Of a DNA stretch of 64,000 nt, positions 55,250 through 64,000 are shown piece after piece. The stretch comes from a virus (Duplodnaviria; Caudoviricetes). The stretch lies in the IMG/VR virus record IMGVR_UViG_3300021376_000006. The stretch is one strand, 5' to 3'. Numbering within the stretch: position 1 is the first letter of the stretch; each line of letters opens with the position of its first letter. The translations under genes were made by a program, and so were the position numbers. Under the pieces are notes generated by a model. That model was not told where the DNA came from, did not search any database, and was given only the letters and a program-made list of their open reading frames with translations.

Positions 55250-58200
55250 ATGGCAGCTTTTAAAACTTTGCAGTTTCTACCAGAGATTTTTAGAACCGAT
55301 ACCAATAGAAAATTTCTAAATGCAACTGTAGATCAATTAGTTAGCGAACCAAATTTAATCAAGGTCAATGGTTACATTGGTAGAAAGTTAGCCCCGTCAT
55401 ATAAAGCGTCTGATAGTTATATCACGGAGCCAACCAAAGCCCGCCAAGATTACCAGCTAGAACCTAGTATCATAATTAAAAATACCAATTCGGGCGAGCT
55501 TACTTTTGCTACCACTTATACTGACATTGTAAACAAGATTAATTTTTATGGAGGATTCGGCAACAATCAAAACAGATTGTTCGATAATGAATATTATTCT
55601 TACGACCCACAAATTGATCTTGACAAGTTTGTTAATTTTGCACAATACTATTGGCTTGCTAACGGCCCTGATGCCGTTATTGTCAGTGCAAGTGCTGTGC
55701 CTCTTGAAGCAACTTATGGAGTAACATTTGACAGCACAACACAAACCTATAGATTTACTGGATTTGATAACGCTCCAAATCCAGTTATTACACTAGCTCG
55801 CGGTGGCCGATACACTTTTGTCAACAACGAACCGGGAAATAAATTTTATATACAAACCAGTCCTGGTCTATTAGGTGTAGATCCAAATGCACCTAATTTA
55901 ACAACTCGTACAGTTTTAGGAGTAACAAACAACGGCCAAGATGTTGGCGACACGGTGTTTCAAGTACCACTTGCATCTGCACAATTACAGTGGACCAACA
56001 TGCCTGTAATTGGCAACGTGAATTATGCAACCAGTCTGAGTTATCAATCATTGCAAGGCTGTTTGTTAAGCGATCTTGAAAACGTTTTAGGAGGACTTGA
56101 CGGACCAACTTCAAGTCTAGAAGACGCAACAATTATTTTTGTTAACAATGAGTTCATTGATGACATATACTGGGTAAACACAGCAAGAATACAAAACAAC
56201 ATAATTCGTTTAGATCAGGCTTCTTTAATTCCATTATCGGAAAGAAATAATGTATATCAAATTGGACTTTTTGAAGATGATCAAGGCGATGTGAGAATAT
56301 ATCTCACAAACAAATTGAGTGTTAGTAACGAACAAAAAGTGAGAATTAAAGCCGGTATAACAAATGCTGGTAAAGAGTTTTATAGTAGACTAGATCTTTA
56401 CAATCAGGTACCAGCGATCACTGCTCCGATAAATTTATTATTTTATCAAAGCGACCAAACTGACAGCGCAGTAGGTGCAATTCAGCTGATTGACCCTAGT
56501 GCTGCACTCATTGATCCGGATTTAGAAATAATAGGACAACGTACATATACCAGTCCTGGTGGTGTGGTGTTTACCAACGGATTAAAAGTAACATTTGACT
56601 CAACAGTTTCTGCCCCTTATGCTAACAACACATATTATGTAGAAGGAGTTGGCACCAGTATAACATTGATGTTGGTTAGCAATCTTATTTGCCCTGAACT
56701 AAATGATGATTTATCTTTGCCAGATTATCTTACCATTAATCGAGGCAGTCTTGATTTAAACGGATGGGCAAGAAGTAACAGGTGGTTTCATGTGGCAGTG
56801 ATAGCAGCCACCGCTAATTATAATGGCACTGATTTATTTCTTGATCAAAACTATAGAGCACAACGACCAATTATTGAATTTAAACCCAATTTACAGCTAT
56901 TTAATTTTGGAACAGAATCCAAAAATCCTGTTGATGTTCTTGATAATATTATTACAAATGCTTACACACAAGTTCAAGGTGTACTGTGCGCTTCCACTTC
57001 GCAAGTTACTATCACCGTGGATGGCGAAACTGTAACATTCAACGATGGCGACAGAATTATTTTTAGTCAAGATGAAAATCTGGATGTTAGAAATAAAATT
57101 TATGATTTTTCTATTGAGCTTACAACAGAAGCACCAGACCCGCTGGAATACAGAGCCTTTATACAAGAAGCATCGGATGCTACAGTAGAAGAAAGCCAGA
57201 CGATTATAGTTAAAAGCGGTGCCAATGGACCTAAACAATGGTATTTCAATGGCACCATATGGATTGAAGCACAGCAAAAAACAGCAGTTAACCAAGCGCC
57301 ATTATTTGATCTAATAAACTTAGAAGGCATTAGTTTTGGTACCAATTCAGTATATCCTGGTAGCACATTCGCCGGAAGTAAAATATTTTCTTACAAAATT
57401 GGAACTGGTAGTAATGATAGTGTGTTGGGTTTTCCGTTAAGTTACAAAAATCTAGTCACACAAGGTGACATACAATTTGAAAATAATTTTGATTACGACA
57501 CATTTTCCTATATTTTAGATGCTGGTGTAACAAGAACAATATCAGTGAACGCCGGATTGATACAACAAAACCTATCAAGAATCACCAGCACAAGATTAAA
57601 CACCTGGGTAATTAATTCAAATTTCAGTAAACAATATCAAATTTTTAATTTTACTTACGACGGATCTACAAATTTATTTCCAGTTGATATTTTACCTGAC
57701 ATCAGCGTATCAGTACCCAATATCAAGGTTGTTATTAACAACGTGCCTGTGCCAGCTGGACAGTTTGCTTTGACAAAAGTGGTTGACAAATTGGCAGTAT
57801 TGATCAATCCTTCATTATTGGCAACAAATGATGTGGTGTTTATAAGTATCTGGAACAGTTCTACTGCATCTACGCAAGGTTTTTATCAGGTTCCTTTGAA
57901 TTTTGATATTAACAGTCTTAACACCGATCTTGAAACATTGACACTAGGACAGATGAGAAATCATCTGACAGAATTTAAAAATAACAGTTTAGATATTGTA
58001 GGAGAGGTGCCAGGATACAGCAATTTGAGAGATATAGATTTTTCAAATCGAGGCGGCAGCATTTTACAACATAGTGCTCCTATTATTTACGCAGGGTTAT
58101 TTTTAAATCACCCTGAGATGAATTTTGTTGACGCACTACGGTTAGCATCAAAAGAATATTCGCAATTCAAAATAAAATTTTTAGAAGCCGCCGCAAATCT

Positions 58201-61200
58201 AGAATTAGATAGAACAAATATTGCTGCCTGTGTTGACACTATCATGTCAACACTCAATAGTGTTAAAAATGACACTTTCCCTTATCATTACAGTGATATG
58301 GTACCGTACGGTGAGGACGAAAGAGTGGCACTGCCTAGCTACACAGTTTTTGACACAGATATAAGAGCATATGAAATCACAAGAATATTTGATGATGCCG
58401 CAGTTAGTAATAAGGCAGTTTTTATATACTTAACAAGGCAACTAAACGGCACAGTAAGCACTACATTACTGGTCAAAGGACAAGATTATTATTTTGATCA
58501 AACTCGACCTGCTGTTGTAATCCAAGATTCTTTCAATTTATTATATAATGATATTATTAGTATTGTAGAATTTAACAACACAGACGGCAGTTATGTGCCC
58601 GAAACTCCAACCAAACTAGGATTATATCCAAAATATGTGCCTGAAATCTTTACAGACAATACATATCGTACACCTATTCAAGTTATTCAAGGGCATGATG
58701 GTAGCTTAACACCAGCATTTGGGGACTTTAGAGACAGTTTATTACTAGAATTAGAACGAAGAATTTATAACAATATCAAAGTTGAATACAACATTTTAAA
58801 TTTTAACATAAACGATTACGTTCCTGGTAAATTTAGATTGTTAGATTACAGCAGACAAGAATTCAATCAACTGTTGAGCCAAAATTTTTTACAATGGGTT
58901 GGAACCAACAGAGTTGATTTTACAACCAACAACACATTCAAAGCAAGTGATCCTTTTACATGGAACTACAGAAAATTTAGAGATGTAGTCAATGGCGAAT
59001 CATTAACTGGCACTTGGCGCAGTGTATTTAGATACTTTTTTGACACCGACAGACCACATACCCATCCTTGGGAAATGCTGGGATTTAGCGAAAAACCCAG
59101 TTACTGGGACGATCGGTACGGGCCAGCGCCTTATACTGGGGGTAATCTTGTTTTATGGGGTGATTTAGAATCAGGATACATTCATGCAGGCACTCGTGCC
59201 GGCGTAGATTTAAGATACAGTAGGCCAGGACTGACACAAATAATTCCAGTAGATGACAGCGGCAACCTAAGGAAAACTAGCGAATTTTTAGTCACTGATT
59301 TTGACAGTGCAGCCGCTAACACCAGTTTTGCAGTAGGAGACATTGGTCCTACTGAATTGGCGTGGCGTCGTAGCAGTGACTTTCCATTTGCTATGCAATA
59401 TGCACTTGCAATTGGCAAACCAGCTAGATATTTTGCTTTGTTGGGAGATGTTCGACACTACTTTAGAAGTAACACCACAGGTCAGTTTGTCGACACAGTA
59501 GATAACAAACATATTCAACCTAACATTTTGAGAGTCAATGGATATATTGACATGGATGACACAGTTGAGCGTAGTGCTGGATATATCAACTGGATCAGAG
59601 ATTACCTTAAAAATATTGGCATAAATGATGCCGGAACAATTATCAAAAATAACTTAGAAAGAATGACGGTACAATTATCATACAAGATGGCCGGTTATTC
59701 TGACAAAAGATTTTTAGAATTGCTAGCGGAACAAGTTAGTCCTAGCAGTATAAACGACAGTGTAGTTATTCCTGAAGAAAACTACAGTATAGAATTATAC
59801 AAGGGTGCGCCACTTAACAAAATTGTGTACTCTGCTGTTATTATAGAAAAATCAGTAAACGGATATACTGTAAGCGGATACGATACAACTAATCCTTATT
59901 TTTATATTGTTCCTAGTTTACCTAACAACAACGCCTATGTGATAGAAGTGGATGGCCAACGAGGCACAATTTTTAGGGATTTTAAAACACAACGATATAC
60001 TATTCCTTACGGTTTTGAATTTAATACAAAACAGCAAGTTGTTGATTTCTTAGTCAGTTATCAAAGATTTTTGATAGCACAAGGTTTTGTGTTTGAAGAT
60101 AGAGATAATTTACTCAACGAGAAAAAAGATTGGGTACTAAGTGCCAAAGAATTTTTACACTGGTCTAAGCAAGGATGGCGTACAGGAAACATTTTTGTTT
60201 GTAGTCCTGTGTCTACTTCGATTAAAGTATTTAATGAAACAGCAGTTGTTGACGAAATAAAAAATACACCAAACAGTAGCCGAGTGCTTGATATTAATTA
60301 TCAAGCAATAAAGAAAAACAATTTTACAATTATACGAGACAGTAATTTATTTACGTTTAACTCTTTATTAAATCAAACTATTGGGCTGGCCGAATTTAAT
60401 CTAGTGCAATATGAACACTTGTTACTACTTGATAATACCACGGTGTTTAGAGATGTCATTTATGTTCCTGAAACTGGTAATAGACAATATAGATTAAAGT
60501 TAGTTGGAGCTAAAACACAGTTTTGGAACGGAAGTTTAGAACTACCTGGCTATATCTACGGCAGTGACAAAACAGACGAATGGCAACCGGGCCAAGACTA
60601 TCTCAAAGGGTCTTTGGTATCTCATAAAGCTAGAATTTACACTGCAATTGAAAACATAAGTGCAGCAGATCAATTTCAGACTGCATCATGGAAGCAATTG
60701 GGATTGAATGAATTACAATCTGGCGTTATAAACAATTTTGCAACAAATGCCAAACAATCTTTGCAGTATTATGACATAAACGATCAACCAATTGATGAAC
60801 AAGTCCAGCTGTTTAGTAATGGATTGATAGGCTTCAGACCCAGACAATATTTTACAAATCTTGGTATCGACATTGTCACACAGTCAAAATTCTACCAAGG
60901 ATTAATCAAACAGGGAGGAACGGCTAACGCTATAAATGCATTACGAGGAGCTCAGTTTAATAATCTAAATACAGAATTAAATTTTTATGAAAATTGGATG
61001 ATGCGAGTCGGCGAATATGGCTCATTAGATATAAATCAATACTACGAATTTTTATTATCTGATTCTGTATTTGATAATAACCCTGCTGTTTTTCAACTGT
61101 CAGATGGTACCGTTGCTACACAAACTGATATTGCCGTTTTTGATCAGACTAGTACATATAAGTTGAGTGGTGCATTTAACCCCAATTTTTTACGAGTTGA

Positions 61201-64000
61201 GGATAACAGTCAATCAAAAGAACTAAGACCTTTGCCTACTGCTGGTTTTGTGAACTTAGATGACGTTGATGGAACAATTTTTGATATTCAAGATTATGCC
61301 AGTTATGCAGACATAGTTGATAATATGTCGGTTGGATTTACATTATGGACAGCCAGAGATTTTGATAAACAATGGAATGTGTATAGATGCTGTAATGTAC
61401 CTGGACTGGCGTTTATACTCAGATACAACACCGAATCTCAAGCTGAACTAGTAATAAGTGCCGAACATGGTTTAGAAGAAAACGACTTAATTGCATTAAA
61501 AAACTTTGATCCCAGATACAACGGAATTTATCGTGTAAATGCAATTATTGATTCCACTAGATTTTTAATTACAATTTATAATAATTTACAAGATTTAATT
61601 GACGCCGAGGCAGTTATTGCTAACGGTATTGTTTATAAGTTACAAAGTAGTAAATTAGCAACACCAACTGCTGTCATCGAGTCGACCCCCAACTCAGGAT
61701 GGGCAGTAAATGACAAAGTTTGGATTGAAAATTTAGACAATGAAGGTAACTGGGGTGTCTATACTAGAACAGATCCGTGGGAGTATCAAAACAGAATTCA
61801 ACTAGGCGAAAGTCAATATGCCGGCAATGATCATTTTGGTCGTAGCATAGCATTGGACAATTCACCTCTGTATCTATTTGGAGGAGCCCCGGACAGTTCA
61901 AATGGTCGTGTCAGCATATATGCACGAAATTCTAATAATGGGTGGGACAGCTATGGTTTTTTATGGGGCAACAACCCAGTATTAGACAGTTTTGGTAAAG
62001 TCCTAGCAACTGCCACTGTTGGAAGCAGTAACTTCTTGGCTGTTTCTGCCAGCGATTCTGGCAGTAAACAAGGCGTTGTTTATGTATTTGAAAATCAAGT
62101 TTTAGTTCAAATTTTGGCCGATGTCAGCGGTACAGCGGGCGATGAATTTGGGGCATCATTGTCAATGGGCGACGATGCCAAGTATCTTTATATCGGAGCA
62201 CCAGGTGCTAATAAGGTGTACTGTTACGCACTAAATTACCCAAGAGAAGAGGTCACGCAAAACTTAATTGGTTCTACAGGAGTGGCTACATTTAATTTAA
62301 GTTTTGCTGCTGCAGATGCCAGTGACATTATTGTTACTGCTCCGCTGAGAGCAGCGGAATATTTCCCGGGAATAGATTATACCACAGCAAGTGGTCCAGA
62401 TAGAATTATTTTTACAGTTGCTCCTTCCGATGGAGATAGAATAACAGTACAGAAAAGAACCTATCATTACACACTGTTAGATACTCTTCCCGTATCTTCA
62501 GAATCTGCAGTAGGCAGTCAATTTGGTTCCGCCGTAGTTAGTAACAGTGATGGATCTACAATTGCAGTAGGAGCCAAGTCCACTATTGTCGATGGTTTAA
62601 ATGAAGCTGGAGCGGTGTATCTGTATCATAGAACCACAACTGAGTTCGTAACCAATGGTTTAACAAATACATTCACACTGCCAGATAATTTAGGCAATGT
62701 ATTTTACGTGTATTACAATGATGTACTATTAACCAATGGAACTGATTACTATTTAATTGGAACAAACATAGTGCAATTTGCTGGATTTAATATTCCGCCA
62801 GCTGGAAATAGACTTGTGGTTGAGAGCAATCAATTTATATTAGACCAAATCATTTATCCACAAACAGTTGGTAGTGCAGGAGGGTCTTTTGGAGCCCAGT
62901 TGTCTATGTGTAACAGCGGTTGCAACCTCTACGTTTCTAGTCCTGCTTACTTAGAACCAAATTATAGATTTGGATTGGTTACTCGATTCGTCAATGCAGG
63001 ACGAGTTTACGGTACAGTAACAGGAACAGTAATCGGCCCCACTGTTACAATAGGCGAAACTATTGTAATTAACAATCGTGTGGTGACCTTTACTGGAACC
63101 AGTCTAGCATCAGTTGTTTCTGCTATTAATGGAGCAAACATTCCTGGAGTGACTGCATCCATAAGTTATAACAAAATCAAGATTGACAGCGACGTAGTGG
63201 TAGCCGCCAATCGTTTGAATATAGTATCGGGAAACACAGGTACTCCATTGATAGATCTTGGAATTGACGACTACAAATTTGTACAAATTATTCGTCATCC
63301 TGACACCTTGGGCGAAACTTTTGGAGCTACATTAAAAGTTGATCAAGCAAGCGGAACATTGGCTATCGGAAGTGACGGTGCAGATATATCTATTCCAATT
63401 GACATCGACTCGACTCTTGCAATACCTACTTTGTTTGATAGTGGGGGTACCAAGTTTGTAGATCAAATCAGTGACAGCGGTGCTGTCTACATCTACAATC
63501 TAATGAACAATCCGTATGAGGATGTAGATAATCCGTCATTGTTTGCTTTTACACAAAAGCTACTTGGCCCAAATCTTGACACTGGGTTTAACTTTGGTGC
63601 AGCAATTGACTTGAGATCTGATTATTTAATTGTCGGGGTATCCAATGATTACAACATTGTAACCGAAGGCGGAAGTTTATATTACTACTACAATCAAGAC
63701 GCTACGTCTGGGTGGACATTGACTAGATACAAAGAACCAAGAGTAGACATTGGGGCAGTAAATAGTGCATTTCTTTATAATACTGTGTCTCAAAACATAC
63801 TAGACTTTTTTGATTATTTGGATCCAGTAAAAGGTAAACTGTTAGGTGCAGTAGAACAAGAACTTGATTTTAAAGAAGATTATGATCCTGCAAGCTACAA
63901 CAGATCAAATAGAACAAACACAATCAATAACACAAATTTTTACTGGTCTGATCGCCAGGTTGGTAAAACATGGTTAGACTTGTCATTAATGAGTTTTATT
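55250..64000 (+). CDS. Giant baseplate/virion structural protein, partial (at least 2917 aa; absent from ORF track)
   Basis: Starts MAAFKTLQFLPEIFRTDTNRKFLNATVDQL; the same frame reads cleanly at spot checks and at the window end (GKTWLDLSLMSFI); CBM-like and FG-GAP-like segments. Confidence 0.85.
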   Translation, partial: MAAFKTLQFLPEIFRTDTNRKFLNATVDQLVSEPNLIKVNGYIGRKLAPSYKASDSYITEPTKARQDYQLEPSIIIKNTNSGELTFATTYTDIVNKINFYGGFGNNQNRLFDNEYYSYDPQIDLDKFVNFAQYYWLANGPDAVIVSASAVPLEATYGVTFDSTTQTYRFTGFDNAPNPVITLARGGRYTFVNNEPGNKFYIQTSPGLLGVDPNAPNLTTRTVLGVTNNGQDVGDTVFQVPLASAQLQWTNMPVIGNVNYATSLSYQSLQGCLLSDLENVLGGLDGPTSSLEDATIIFVNNEFIDDIYWVNTARIQNNIIRLDQASLIPLSERNNVYQIGLFEDDQGDVRIYLTNKLSVSNEQKVRIKAGITNAGKEFYSRLDLYNQVPAITAPINLLFYQSDQTDSAVGAIQLIDPSAALIDPDLEIIGQRTYTSPGGVVFTNGLKVTFDSTVSAPYANNTYYVEGVGTSITLMLVSNLICPELNDDLSLPDYLTINRGSLDLNGWARSNRWFHVAVIAATANYNGTDLFLDQNYRAQRPIIEFKPNLQLFNFGTESKNPVDVLDNIITNAYTQVQGVLCASTSQVTITVDGETVTFNDGDRIIFSQDENLDVRNKIYDFSIELTTEAPDPLEYRAFIQEASDATVEESQTIIVKSGANGPKQWYFNGTIWIEAQQKTAVNQAPLFDLINLEGISFGTNSVYPGSTFAGSKIFSYKIGTGSNDSVLGFPLSYKNLVTQGDIQFENNFDYDTFSYILDAGVTRTISVNAGLIQQNLSRITSTRLNTWVINSNFSKQYQIFNFTYDGSTNLFPVDILPDISVSVPNIKVVINNVPVPAGQFALTKVVDKLAVLINPSLLATNDVVFISIWNSSTASTQGFYQVPLNFDINSLNTDLETLTLGQMRNHLTEFKNNSLDIVGEVPGYSNLRDIDFSNRGGSILQHSAPIIYAGLFLNHPEMNFVDALRLASKEYSQFKIKFLEAAANLELDRTNIAACVDTIMSTLNSVKNDTFPYHYSDMVPYGEDERVALPSYTVFDTDIRAYEITRIFDDAAVSNKAVFIYLTRQLNGTVSTTLLVKGQDYYFDQTRPAVVIQDSFNLLYNDIISIVEFNNTDGSYVPETPTKLGLYPKYVPEIFTDNTYRTPIQVIQGHDGSLTPAFGDFRDSLLLELERRIYNNIKVEYNILNFNINDYVPGKFRLLDYSRQEFNQLLSQNFLQWVGTNRVDFTTNNTFKASDPFTWNYRKFRDVVNGESLTGTWRSVFRYFFDTDRPHTHPWEMLGFSEKPSYWDDRYGPAPYTGGNLVLWGDLESGYIHAGTRAGVDLRYSRPGLTQIIPVDDSGNLRKTSEFLVTDFDSAAANTSFAVGDIGPTELAWRRSSDFPFAMQYALAIGKPARYFALLGDVRHYFRSNTTGQFVDTVDNKHIQPNILRVNGYIDMDDTVERSAGYINWIRDYLKNIGINDAGTIIKNNLERMTVQLSYKMAGYSDKRFLELLAEQVSPSSINDSVVIPEENYSIELYKGAPLNKIVYSAVIIEKSVNGYTVSGYDTTNPYFYIVPSLPNNNAYVIEVDGQRGTIFRDFKTQRYTIPYGFEFNTKQQVVDFLVSYQRFLIAQGFVFEDRDNLLNEKKDWVLSAKEFLHWSKQGWRTGNIFVCSPVSTSIKVFNETAVVDEIKNTPNSSRVLDINYQAIKKNNFTIIRDSNLFTFNSLLNQTIGLAEFNLVQYEHLLLLDNTTVFRDVIYVPETGNRQYRLKLVGAKTQFWNGSLELPGYIYGSDKTDEWQPGQDYLKGSLVSHKARIYTAIENISAADQFQTASWKQLGLNELQSGVINNFATNAKQSLQYYDINDQPIDEQVQLFSNGLIGFRPRQYFTNLGIDIVTQSKFYQGLIKQGGTANAINALRGAQFNNLNTELNFYENWMMRVGEYGSLDINQYYEFLLSDSVFDNNPAVFQLSDGTVATQTDIAVFDQTSTYKLSGAFNPNFLRVEDNSQSKELRPLPTAGFVNLDDVDGTIFDIQDYASYADIVDNMSVGFTLWTARDFDKQWNVYRCCNVPGLAFILRYNTESQAELVISAEHGLEENDLIALKNFDPRYNGIYRVNAIIDSTRFLITIYNNLQDLIDAEAVIANGIVYKLQSSKLATPTAVIESTPNSGWAVNDKVWIENLDNEGNWGVYTRTDPWEYQNRIQLGESQYAGNDHFGRSIALDNSPLYLFGGAPDSSNGRVSIYARNSNNGWDSYGFLWGNNPVLDSFGKVLATATVGSSNFLAVSASDSGSKQGVVYVFENQVLVQILADVSGTAGDEFGASLSMGDDAKYLYIGAPGANKVYCYALNYPREEVTQNLIGSTGVATFNLSFAAADASDIIVTAPLRAAEYFPGIDYTTASGPDRIIFTVAPSDGDRITVQKRTYHYTLLDTLPVSSESAVGSQFGSAVVSNSDGSTIAVGAKSTIVDGLNEAGAVYLYHRTTTEFVTNGLTNTFTLPDNLGNVFYVYYNDVLLTNGTDYYLIGTNIVQFAGFNIPPAGNRLVVESNQFILDQIIYPQTVGSAGGSFGAQLSMCNSGCNLYVSSPAYLEPNYRFGLVTRFVNAGRVYGTVTGTVIGPTVTIGETIVINNRVVTFTGTSLASVVSAINGANIPGVTASISYNKIKIDSDVVVAANRLNIVSGNTGTPLIDLGIDDYKFVQIIRHPDTLGETFGATLKVDQASGTLAIGSDGADISIPIDIDSTLAIPTLFDSGGTKFVDQISDSGAVYIYNLMNNPYEDVDNPSLFAFTQKLLGPNLDTGFNFGAAIDLRSDYLIVGVSNDYNIVTEGGSLYYYYNQDATSGWTLTRYKEPRVDIGAVNSAFLYNTVSQNILDFFDYLDPVKGKLLGAVEQELDFKEDYDPASYNRSNRTNTINNTNFYWSDRQVGKTWLDLSLMSFI

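Noticed and set aside
1-64000. Stop-codon reassignment
   Set aside because: Core genes are full length in code 11 and end in TAA, TGA or TAG. The apparent gaps at both window ends are just ORFs cut by the edges.

Overview
This window is the virion-morphogenesis region of a large, T4-superfamily contractile-tailed bacteriophage, read in the standard genetic code. It encodes tail sheath and tube, neck gp13/gp14/gp15, a set of repeat-rich tail-fibre proteins, and the head module (gp23 capsid, gp22 scaffold, gp21 protease, prohead core, gp20 portal). It also carries a tape-measure-like protein, gp26/gp51-like chaperones, and a baseplate operon that ends in a >2900-aa ORF running off the right edge. 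A leftward, translationally coupled operon (43803 to 32457) holds gp55 late sigma, gp47 and gp46, interleaved with AT-rich accessory genes: three SGNH-like paralogues, three radical SAM enzymes, a SPASM-like protein, an SDR and a GIY-YIG nuclease. This operon ends in a ~410-bp ORF-free, densely base-paired region (32048-32456). That region is the best candidate for an undescribed element, a large structured ncRNA possibly partnered with the GIY-YIG protein. Other notable signals are a slippery site that could fuse gp26 to gp51, a promoter/hairpin switch on the dNMP kinase gene, a structured 5' leader, a degenerate late-promoter consensus (A/G/C)TAAATA, and domain modules shared between structural proteins. 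All product calls come from motif recognition and gene order; no database search was run.
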